48,110 nucleotides of DNA from Candidatus Giovannonibacteria bacterium RIFOXYD1_FULL_48_21 (GTDB taxonomy: Bacteria > Patescibacteriota > Minisyncoccia > JACPKW01 > UBA11713), in the NCBI GenBank assembly GCA_001778985.1, contig MFIU01000001.1, positions 1 through 48,110 on the forward strand, written 5' to 3'. The notes below the pieces were generated by a model. It was not told the DNA's origin and searched no databases. It worked only from the letters and a program-made list of their open reading frames with translations. Each line of letters starts with the position of its first letter. Positions within the stretch are counted from its first letter, which is position 1. Position numbers and translations under genes: made by a program. Positions 36,464 through 43,781 of the stretch are shown here, one piece after another.

Positions 36464-36477
36464 AGGCGAATAAAAAA

Positions 36478-36506
36478 ACAAAACCTCGGCCAACGGTCGG
36501 GGCTTT
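36478..36506. terminator. Bidirectional terminator
   Basis: AAACCTCGGCC AAC GGTCGGGGCTTT between convergent genes. Confidence 0.6.
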
Positions 36507-36508
36507 GC

Positions 36509-36658
36509 TTATTTTCTCAAAAATCTTCGCTTCACGTGTTCAAACATATCCCCACCATTCAGCAACAACAATATAACAATGATTGCAAACCCGATGAGAA
36601 GTTTGGCTGAAAGATCGAGATTGTCGAGCGAAGATAAATCGAGCTGCGGAAAATTCAT
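36509..36658 (-). CDS. 49-aa single-TM small protein (not in the ORF track)
   Basis: MNFPQLDLSSLDNLDLSAKLLIGFAIIVILLLLNGGDMFEHVKRRFLRK*; GGGAGG SD. Confidence 0.55.
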   Translation of the reverse strand: MNFPQLDLSSLDNLDLSAKLLIGFAIIVILLLLNGGDMFEHVKRRFLRK

Positions 36659-36787
36659 CTCTTCGCCTCCCTTCGTACAACAAATCTACGTAGAGCCTAG
36701 CAATGTAAAATTAAAGTTGCAAGATGTGGATAAATTTGTGCAGTATTCTTGAATTAGTCCGAACGCATTTCGGGAAAGAAATCCCCC

Positions 36788-36931
36788 CGCGAAAATTCGG
36801 AAAGGCGGCGGCTTGTACTGAGCGAAGTCGAAGTGAGCCGCACCGCTGACAATTTTCCCGCCACATATTTAAAATTTTAGAAAGCGGGATCCTCGATTTT
36901 GCAAATTCGCTTCGCTCATGCAAAATCGGGA
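36788..36931. repeat. Cluster of nested palindromic REP-like elements
   Basis: ACTGAGCGAAGTCGAAGTG inside GCGGCT/AGCCGC and GAAAATT/AATTTTC stems; CGGGATCCTCG-family hairpin at 36885-36931. Confidence 0.7.
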
Positions 36932-36947
36932 CAAGTTTTTCTTTGGC

Positions 36948-37739
36948 TTATTGTATTATCTTTGACCTTTTTCTTCCAGTAAATATTCCAATTAATACTC
37001 CGACGAATGGAGGAAAAACAAATATCACAAAGAATATAATCCAGTATGGGATTACCACCCCCAACGAGTAAGCTAAGCGCACTCTAAGTTCATCAGCAAC
37101 GGCCCCGATGGTTCTAATATCAAAAATCTTTTTGTACTCATCTTGTAATCTTGGCGCAGGGGGTATTTCGCCGCGCTTTAAGAATTCCGCCTGTCGGTAA
37201 TCAGATAACACCGCTGACTCTGCGCATATAGCATCAACGAACTCTGATTGGGTAAATATTTTTACAGACGTCTCTGGATCCTTGCAATATCCTTTAACAT
37301 CGTTTTCACATTGTGCCTCCGAGCCATACGAAAGATTTAATCCGATCGTGTAACTTTCGCACGCAGAGCTAGTTCTCGATCCTAATAAATAAGGATCCGT
37401 CTTTAGTTCTGTGATGCTCTTAGTAGCACATTTGTCTTTGAGGATTTTAACTCTGTTGTAATAAAACTCTTCCTGAGATTTTTGGTATTTACTAAAATCC
37501 GTGAATCTATTCAGACTATTTCTGCTCATGGTTTCAATAGCGCAATCATAAGGGGACCCGCTATTATCTTTGCACTTTTTACACTCAAGAAATGTTTTAT
37601 ATAATGGAACATTTTGATCATACTGAGCCAAGGCGTAATCGTGTTGTCGTGGCGCATAGGAAAATAAGAAATAGGCGGCGTAAATGCCGATAGAAAATAG
37701 TATGCCGAAGAAGAAACTAATTGTTATATTCTTCTTCAT
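36948..37739 (-). CDS. Hypothetical membrane protein with a Cys-rich extracellular region
   Basis: 263-aa AT-rich ORF with N- and C-terminal TM segments. Confidence 0.7.
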   Translation of the reverse strand: MKKNITISFFFGILFSIGIYAAYFLFSYAPRQHDYALAQYDQNVPLYKTFLECKKCKDNSGSPYDCAIETMSRNSLNRFTDFSKYQKSQEEFYYNRVKILKDKCATKSITELKTDPYLLGSRTSSACESYTIGLNLSYGSEAQCENDVKGYCKDPETSVKIFTQSEFVDAICAESAVLSDYRQAEFLKRGEIPPAPRLQDEYKKIFDIRTIGAVADELRVRLAYSLGVVIPYWIIFFVIFVFPPFVGVLIGIFTGRKRSKIIQ

Positions 37740-37769
37740 ATGAAAAAATTTTCTTTTTCTAAAATATGG

Positions 37770-38024
37770 TTAAACCCATTCGCCTTTTATCAGTTTTTCT
37801 TTTTTGACTCGACTCCAGTGTTTAATTTGCGCTTCGCGTTTTCTGGCTTCGGATTTATTATACAGTGGCAGGGATTTATAAACAAGCGAGAATGGTCCTT
37901 GCTGTCTAGCCATCTGCGAACCCTTGCCTAAATTGTGTTTAATTATTCTTTGATCGGGGTCTGGTGTGATTCCAGTATAGTAATAACCACTTCCAGCTTT
38001 AGCGATATAAACATACCAATTCAT
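37770..38024 (-). CDS. GIY-YIG nuclease (UPF0213/YhbQ-like)
   Basis: WYVYI...YYTGIT...R...HN.G...ARKREAQIK.WSR.KK; likely start ATG 38024. Confidence 0.88.
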   Translation of the reverse strand: MNWYVYIAKAGSGYYYTGITPDPDQRIIKHNLGKGSQMARQQGPFSLVYKSLPLYNKSEARKREAQIKHWSRVKKEKLIKGEWV

Positions 38025-38039
38025 TTCTATATTGTAGCT

Positions 38040-38129
38040 CTTCGACAAACTCAGAGTACTTCGACTTGAAGTGTTTACACTGAGCGAGCCTTCGACTGGC
38101 TCAGGCCAAGACGAAGGTGAGTCGAAGTG
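38040..38129. repeat. Stacked REP-like elements between the GIY-YIG gene and tRNA-Phe
   Basis: CTTCGACAAACTCAG, CTTCGACTGGCTCAG, ACTGAGCGAG...GTCGAAGTG; 25 nt identical to 12425-12449. Confidence 0.75.
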
Positions 38130-38201
38130 TGCCGCGGGTCAGAATCGAACTGACGACTCCTCGCTCTTCAGGCGAGAGCTCTGCCACTGAGCTACCGCGG
38201 C
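38130..38201 (-). tRNA. tRNA-Phe(GAA)
   Basis: CTCGC CT GAA GA GCGAG. Confidence 0.95.
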
Positions 38202-38268
38202 GCTAGAAAAAGTATAAGAAAAATTCTGTGGGCGCGCAAGGACTTGAACCTTGGACCTTCTCGGCTTG

Positions 38269-38376
38269 GCCCGTTAGAAATTTTTTGTGCGCGGTGAGAG
38301 ATTTGAACTCCCGACCCTCGCTGTGTAAAAGCGATGCTCTACCACTGAGCTAACCGCGCATATATTTCTAACGGGC
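38269..38376. mobile_element. CCCGTTAGAAA-family element carrying a tRNA-Val
   Basis: Perfect 13-bp inverted repeat GCCCGTTAGAAAT (38269-38281) / ATTTCTAACGGGC (38364-38376). Confidence 0.85.
38288..38359 (-). tRNA. tRNA-Val(TAC), nested inside the interrupted tRNA-Val
   Basis: Complete cloverleaf; TCGCT TT TAC AC AGCGA. Confidence 0.95.
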
Positions 38377-38428
38377 TGAATAAACGAGACGCTCTGCCGA
38401 CTGAGCTACGCGCCCATTTTTATTTTTG

Positions 38429-38500
38429 TCCCCTCGGGGGGAATTGAACCTCCATCTGCTCCTTAGAAGGGAGCCATTCTGTCCATTGAACTACGAGGGG
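38429..38500 (-). tRNA. tRNA-Arg(TCT)
   Basis: GCTCC CT TCT AA GGAGC; one A-C mismatch in the T stem. Confidence 0.9.
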
Positions 38501-38523
38501 CAGGCGAAACTATTCTAGCCGAT

Positions 38524-38799
38524 TTAGGAAGGGTCTTCAACCGGAACGTTCTCTTTGTAATTTTCAAAGTTGAGCCGCTTTTCCTTGAGCCGCTCCAAAA
38601 CTTTATCCAAGAGCTGGGTCTGGAGCGTCGTACCCTCTTGGGCGCCGAAAGAAGCTTCCGGCTTTCTAAGAAAAAATTTCCAGAAAATCCAGGCGTCAAA
38701 GAGCAGGACGATAAACAGAAATAAAATCAAAAACCACAAAAGACCGTTCCAATGGAATTTAATGCGGGGAATTTTGAATTTTAGGAAATTAAAATTCAT
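38524..38799 (-). CDS. Hypothetical single-TM protein of the pilus operon
   Basis: Overlaps the pilO-like gene; N-terminal TM. Confidence 0.7.
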   Translation of the reverse strand: MNFNFLKFKIPRIKFHWNGLLWFLILFLFIVLLFDAWIFWKFFLRKPEASFGAQEGTTLQTQLLDKVLERLKEKRLNFENYKENVPVEDPS

Positions 38800-39316
38800 A
38801 GCTCAAGAGTTTTAAGGTATAAAGCCCGCTCCAGGACGGAGCTTTTCCCTCGGCCGCTGTCTTCTGCAGAGTAATCTGCTCCCAGGCGGTCTCGTAAGGA
38901 AGATTTTCAGCCAAGAGGAGATATTGGAAGAGGGAGTTAAAATCGCCCGCGGCGGAAAGGCGGAAGGAAGGCCCGAGTTCTTTGGGGCCGGGGGCTAGGG
39001 CGGCGGACTGGACCTCCAGCTCAACTCCGCTCGTTCGCCCCGCTTCCTCCAAATCTTCGATGAAGCGCACAATTTCTTTTTCATTGAGAAACAAATCTTC
39101 GATGACCGCCCTCTCGCTCCGGCGCTCGTCCAATATTTTCTCAAAAGCCTTAAGATTTTTTAATTTCACATCCGCGCTCAAAATCCGGCCTTGAATCTCG
39201 CCCAGCTCTTTGGTCAAAAGCCCGAGCCGCCAGACCATAAATCCTCCCAGGGCCGCCAAGGCGCCAAAAAGCAATAGAGCCAACGCTAAAAGAATTTTAG
39301 AATTTATTCTGGTCAT
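38789..39316 (-). CDS. pilO: PilO-like pilus assembly protein
   Basis: TM plus coiled coil; 'G.F..L..YL...ENLP'; operon position. Confidence 0.65.
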   Translation of the reverse strand: MTRINSKILLALALLLFGALAALGGFMVWRLGLLTKELGEIQGRILSADVKLKNLKAFEKILDERRSERAVIEDLFLNEKEIVRFIEDLEEAGRTSGVELEVQSAALAPGPKELGPSFRLSAAGDFNSLFQYLLLAENLPYETAWEQITLQKTAAEGKAPSWSGLYTLKLLSYEF

Positions 39317-39843
39317 GGCGCGGCGAGCTCCAGCTCTAAAGAAAATTTCAAGTCGACGCTTTTCAGCAGATTTGAAACCGGAGAGCTGATTTTCCGGAAG
39401 AGGGAGGCGGCTTCAAGAGCCTGGATGAAAGTCTGAAGGTCTTCCCGCTTTTGGGCCTGGCCTCCCAAAAATATTTTCCCGCGGCTGAAAGAAAGGGAAT
39501 CAATCCTGATTCCGGCCGGAGCAAGTCCCAGGGCGCGGCGCAAAAGCTCGGAGACCGGCAGGCCCCGCTTCGCCCCTTGGTCCAAGAGAAGAAGCTTGGA
39601 ATTTAGCTTGCCTATCTCCTGTTCCACCTCGGCGAGGCGTTGGAGCGGCTCGGCCTGGCTCGCCGAATCAAGCTCGCGCAAGAAACTTCTTTTCTCGAGC
39701 GCCAGAGACAGATAAATCGGGCCCATCAAAATAAGTCCCAAAAACACAATGACCGAAGCGCCGAAAAGCGCTACCACCAGAAAACGCCGCCTTTTTTCCA
39801 GTTCCAACTCTTTCTTATCCTCGTAAGGCAGGAGGTTAATCAT
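39313..39843 (-). CDS. pilN: PilN-like pilus assembly protein
   Basis: N-terminal INLLP motif; TM. Confidence 0.85.
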   Translation of the reverse strand: MINLLPYEDKKELELEKRRRFLVVALFGASVIVFLGLILMGPIYLSLALEKRSFLRELDSASQAEPLQRLAEVEQEIGKLNSKLLLLDQGAKRGLPVSELLRRALGLAPAGIRIDSLSFSRGKIFLGGQAQKREDLQTFIQALEAASLFRKISSPVSNLLKSVDLKFSLELELAAP

Positions 39844-40934
39844 GTCGGTAAATTAACCGACCGCAGCGCCAGCCCCAGCGCCGTGGCGTAAGAAAGCGAC
39901 TCGTTGTAAGTAATCTCCGGAACATAATCTTCAAACGAAGCGATGTTCACCCAGGGGTTGGCTAAAACAACCGGCAATTTCAAATCATAAGCAAGATACT
40001 CGCCGAGCCCGATGAGATTAGACTCGCCGCCGCAAAGATAAAGTTTCGCCACCTCGGGCTTAGAGCTGTGGGCGTGGACGGCGTGGCCCTGCCAAAATAA
40101 AAGATGTCTTGAAATCTCGTCGCGGATGGCGGAAACAACCGGCAAAAGCGCGTTGAACACTTCCTGATTCTCTTTGGTCCGGACCAGACCCCGTTCTTTT
40201 TTCATCCGTTCGGCCGCGAAAAGTTCGATTTTAAAAGTCTGGACGAGGGCTTTATCCAGGTCCGCTCCGGCCAAACTCACAGTGGAAGTAAAACGGATGA
40301 TTCCTTGAGAAACAATGGCGAAGCTGGTCCGGGTTCGTCCGAAATCCACCACCATCACCACTCCTTCTTCGTCGGGCGGAAGAACCGAGCGCACCAGAGC
40401 CTGGGTTTCCATCTCAAACACCGCCGGCTTTAAACCCGCGGCCTTAACCGCGTCCCTATAACCCTCAACCAAATTTCTGGGGAAAGCCACGATGATTACG
40501 TCCAGATGGTCCTGCTTTTCCTCGGCCGGCAGAAGCTCATAGTCGAAAACAGCTTCGCTCGGCGAGAGCGGCACATGCTCTTCCAACTGCAGTTCCAAAG
40601 CCTCTCGGATATTCGCCTGCGACATTAACGGCAGAGTGACGAGGCCCAGGAAAGCTTTCTCCTCCGGCAAAGCCAGAATTATCTCGCGGCCGCTAAATTC
40701 CGAAAGACCGGATTTGAGAAAATCTATCAAAGCGTCTCTGTTTTTTATCTCGCCGGATTGAATCAAGCCCTCCGGCAGGACTTTCTGGCCGAATTTTCCC
40801 AAAACCGGGCGTCCTTTCCGGAAAGACAGCTCGACGAATTTCAAAGAACGGTCGGAAATATCCAAACCCAGAACCAAAGGCTCCAGATATTTGGACGGAG
40901 GGAAAATTTTTGAAAGATTTGGTAAGCGCATCAT
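39840..40934 (-). CDS. pilM: Type IV pilus assembly protein PilM
   Basis: LGLDISDRSLK, VDFG..RT, LCGG, A.GLALR. Confidence 0.92.
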   Translation of the reverse strand: MMRLPNLSKIFPPSKYLEPLVLGLDISDRSLKFVELSFRKGRPVLGKFGQKVLPEGLIQSGEIKNRDALIDFLKSGLSEFSGREIILALPEEKAFLGLVTLPLMSQANIREALELQLEEHVPLSPSEAVFDYELLPAEEKQDHLDVIIVAFPRNLVEGYRDAVKAAGLKPAVFEMETQALVRSVLPPDEEGVVMVVDFGRTRTSFAIVSQGIIRFTSTVSLAGADLDKALVQTFKIELFAAERMKKERGLVRTKENQEVFNALLPVVSAIRDEISRHLLFWQGHAVHAHSSKPEVAKLYLCGGESNLIGLGEYLAYDLKLPVVLANPWVNIASFEDYVPEITYNESLSYATALGLALRSVNLPT

Positions 40935-40958
40935 CCTTCTTCTAGAGTAGTGGAATTT

Positions 40959-42377
40959 TTAAGGCACTTCTAGCCAGGTTAAAATATCAAAACTTCCGGA
41001 GGGACCGGCGAAATTGACCGAGGCGAGGCCGGTCTCATAGGTTACGGTGGCGCTGTTTTTGATGTGAAGTTGATAAGCGCTCGCTTCTTTCAGAGCGGTG
41101 GAATCTTCAGTCCTCAACAATCCGTGGGGCGCGTAGTAAATTGAAGCATCCGCGCTGTTTTTGGGCTGGATGGCAATTTCACTGCCTCCAGTCTGGGCAG
41201 AGTTGTTCTGGGAGATGAGCGCGATATAGCTTCCGGGGCTTCCCGACCCCAGCACCTTGGCGGAATTCTGCACCAAAATCTTGCTGGAGGTGAGGCGATT
41301 GGAAGGGTTGTCGGCAATAACCACTTCGGAGAAACTGCCGTAGCTCGGATCCAGCAGCAGCTGGGCCGTGTTTTCTATGCTGAAATTGCCGCGAACCCAG
41401 AGTGTTCCCTTGAGGATTACCACCGCGTCGTTCTTAATGAGAAAATCGCAGTTTATTTTTTGGGAATCAAGAACGGTGGTCCCGTCATCCAAAATATAAG
41501 GACAGGGGCTGGTATGCACTCCGTCAGCCTCGGCCGCGGCTTCCCATTGGGCGATTTGGCTGTCCGATATCGGGAAGTTTAATTTCGGGAGGTCAGCCGG
41601 CGGCTGGGTACCTGGAAAAATTTCGCCGCCCACCGTACTGCCGCTAAGCGAGGTCAAATAGTAGGCGTCGCCTCCGATCGTACTGACGCTGATTGTATCG
41701 GCGTAGGCATTTTTAGAAACAGAGGTATCCGAAATAGACGTGGTGGAGCTCGCGTTTCCTCCGATGCTTACGTCTTCAATCTTGTGGGCTCGGGCCTCGC
41801 CGCCGATTGAAAAAGTATTATCACCTTCGATTTCAGAAATTGAGGCCGCGAAAGCATCCAGGGTTATCTTGGCCGTATTCTTACCCTCAATATCGCCGTT
41901 AGAGTAGAGGTTACCGATAATCATCGAAGAGTTTTCCAAAAGAACGCCTCCGTCTCCGACCTGAACGGCATAGCCGAAGCTGGCTCCGGTCCCCTGTTTC
42001 ACTGAAGTTTTCACAATGCGATGGATGTCCTTGATATCAGCCGCGCTTTGAATATCTTTGCCGCCAACGATACTGTTCACGGTAATGGTGGTATTGGCGC
42101 CGTAGAGCGAGAGGGTATACGACGCCGGAAGATTTTTGCCGCGCTTCAGACGAAAAACCGCGTCTTCAATCCCGGACTCGGAAAGAAAATAAGAACGCTT
42201 GGATTTGAAATCCAGCTCGGAAATTCTGGCGCTCGAAAAGGCCAAGGCGGCGGCCAGGGTGATTAAAGTCAGCATCGCGAACAAAATCAGAAGCACGGCC
42301 ACCATAAAAGCCTGCCCCGCCGTTGGCGGGGTAAACCCGCTCCTTTTAATATTTGGCGCGAAGTACGGCAGAGGCAT
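40959..42377 (-). CDS. PilX-like minor pilin with a large C-terminal beta-rich domain
   Basis: GQA plus hydrophobic helix; 'SYFLSESGIEDAVFRL'. Confidence 0.75.
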   Translation of the reverse strand: MPLPYFAPNIKRSGFTPPTAGQAFMVAVLLILFAMLTLITLAAALAFSSARISELDFKSKRSYFLSESGIEDAVFRLKRGKNLPASYTLSLYGANTTITVNSIVGGKDIQSAADIKDIHRIVKTSVKQGTGASFGYAVQVGDGGVLLENSSMIIGNLYSNGDIEGKNTAKITLDAFAASISEIEGDNTFSIGGEARAHKIEDVSIGGNASSTTSISDTSVSKNAYADTISVSTIGGDAYYLTSLSGSTVGGEIFPGTQPPADLPKLNFPISDSQIAQWEAAAEADGVHTSPCPYILDDGTTVLDSQKINCDFLIKNDAVVILKGTLWVRGNFSIENTAQLLLDPSYGSFSEVVIADNPSNRLTSSKILVQNSAKVLGSGSPGSYIALISQNNSAQTGGSEIAIQPKNSADASIYYAPHGLLRTEDSTALKEASAYQLHIKNSATVTYETGLASVNFAGPSGSFDILTWLEVP

Positions 42378-42831
42378 AAAAAGTTTTATCTTGAAAAGTA
42401 ATTTCGACGGTAACGAGGTCGGAGTTCGCGCCAGGCAGGTGCCAGAAAATCAGGCTCGAAATGGGAGCCTCCGGTCCGGTCAGAAATTCAGCCGGTCCGG
42501 AGTCATCCTGCTTCTGGAGCCTAGAGGAAGCGAGAAAGAAAGTGCGGCTGACTTGGACTTGGCTTCCAGGAGATTGGACCGTGCGCAGAACAAGAGTTCC
42601 GGGATTTGAACCGAAAACGCTCGCCGCGACCAGCACCTCCGAACCTTGCCTAATTTCCCTGACCAGAGTTTCAAGCGCCAACTCCGCCGCTTGGGCCGTG
42701 AGGCGGTCGCTACGCAGCTCTTTGGCGCCCGAAGCCAGGGTTAAAACTACCTGAATCACGCCCGCGCTTAACAAGGCGAGAAGCCCGATATAAATTAAAA
42801 TTTCAAGCAAAGTGAATCCTTGTTTTCGCAT
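42346..42831 (-). CDS. Prepilin-type N-terminal cleavage/methylation protein
   Basis: KQGFTLLE. Confidence 0.88.
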   Translation of the reverse strand: MRKQGFTLLEILIYIGLLALLSAGVIQVVLTLASGAKELRSDRLTAQAAELALETLVREIRQGSEVLVAASVFGSNPGTLVLRTVQSPGSQVQVSRTFFLASSRLQKQDDSGPAEFLTGPEAPISSLIFWHLPGANSDLVTVEITFQDKTFYASAVLRAKY

Positions 42832-43359
42832 CTAATTGTCGAAAAGGTCCGTCAAATAACCCTCCAGAGTTAAAAGCTCTTCCCGACCTTTGAAATTCCA
42901 GGAAACTTTCATTGTTATTTTTTTGGTGTCAGGGTCGTCGTTCGCGGGGTTGTAGATGGTTTCAATGTTGGCCGTCCCGTCCCGTGAAACATTTTCAATC
43001 CGAAAACTCCGGGTGAAAAGACCGGAGATGGGCGCGGGAGCCAAACCAACCACGCTCCATTGGAAGAGGGCGGGGTCAAAACTCAAATAGTAATCAGTGT
43101 TCGGAGAAAGAAGAGCGATATTCTGATTCCAGCCGGAGTCGCGCAGATGCCGTAAAACTTCCAGCCCCTCTTCCAGCAAAAAAGCGACTTGAAGCTTCTG
43201 ATTCGAAAATTCCACCGTGCTTTGGGCCAGCAGAAACACCGCCACCAGCGCCAAAAGCGAGCCGGCCACGAGGGACACGGCCAAAACAATCTCCAAAAGT
43301 CCGAAACCCTGCCTGGCCGGCAGGCAGGCCCTTTTTTTATTCGGCAAGTCCTGAAGCAT
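42832..43359 (-). CDS. Prepilin-type (PilV-like) protein
   Basis: QGFGLLE. Confidence 0.85.
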   Translation of the reverse strand: MLQDLPNKKRACLPARQGFGLLEIVLAVSLVAGSLLALVAVFLLAQSTVEFSNQKLQVAFLLEEGLEVLRHLRDSGWNQNIALLSPNTDYYLSFDPALFQWSVVGLAPAPISGLFTRSFRIENVSRDGTANIETIYNPANDDPDTKKITMKVSWNFKGREELLTLEGYLTDLFDN

Positions 43360-43780
43360 AGATGGTTATGGTGGTGCTAGCGAGAGCGTCCGAGGTCAAT
43401 TCAATGCGGATGGTGCCGATGCTGGCGGCGCGGCCAGTTAATCTTTCAAAAATTACCTCCGAAGCCCCTCCAAGTGAAATCAAACCTATTTTTGCGCCGG
43501 CTGGCAAAAGAATTTCAAGATTAGAGGGGTCAGAGGCGGAATAACTTGAACCTTTGAAGCGAACCAAGCGCGTTTCTTCAAAATGAACCCCCCAGGAAGA
43601 TTTTCCTTCCGCCCCCAGGGTCTGGATGCGGGCCAGGCTAAGCTCAGAGAGGACTTTGGCGCGGGCTTCTTTCAATAAAGAGTTTTGGCGAAAGCTGGAG
43701 AAGGCCGCCACGGCCAGGGCGGTAATCACCAAAATGATGCCGAGGGCGAATAAAATTTCGAGGAGCGTAAAACCTCTCAT
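43337..43780 (-). CDS. Prepilin-type (FimT/GspH-like) protein
   Basis: RGFTLLE. Confidence 0.88.
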   Translation of the reverse strand: MRGFTLLEILFALGIILVITALAVAAFSSFRQNSLLKEARAKVLSELSLARIQTLGAEGKSSWGVHFEETRLVRFKGSSYSASDPSNLEILLPAGAKIGLISLGGASEVIFERLTGRAASIGTIRIELTSDALASTTITIYASGLAE

Positions 43781-43781
43781 A

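Larger units (their letters stand above)
38229..38415 (-). tRNA. Interrupted (outer) tRNA-Val(TAC)-like gene: 5' part 38381-38415, 3' part 38229-38264
   Basis: GGGCGCGTAGCTCAGTCGGCAGAGCGTCTCGTTTA plus CCGAGAAGGTCCAAGGTTCAAGTCCTTGCGCGCCCA; all four stems perfect; 116-nt insert in the anticodon loop; 2 loop nt missing on rejoining. Confidence 0.85.

Noticed and set aside
10960-36733. Perfect DnaA boxes (TGTGGATAA at 10960-10968 and 36725-36733) as oriC
   Set aside because: Isolated single boxes with no cluster and no dnaA/dnaN nearby
38229-38415. Outer tRNA splicing to a TAA (Leu) anticodon (TTTA+AGC)
   Set aside because: The body lacks the Leu long variable arm, and no splicing signal supports that junction
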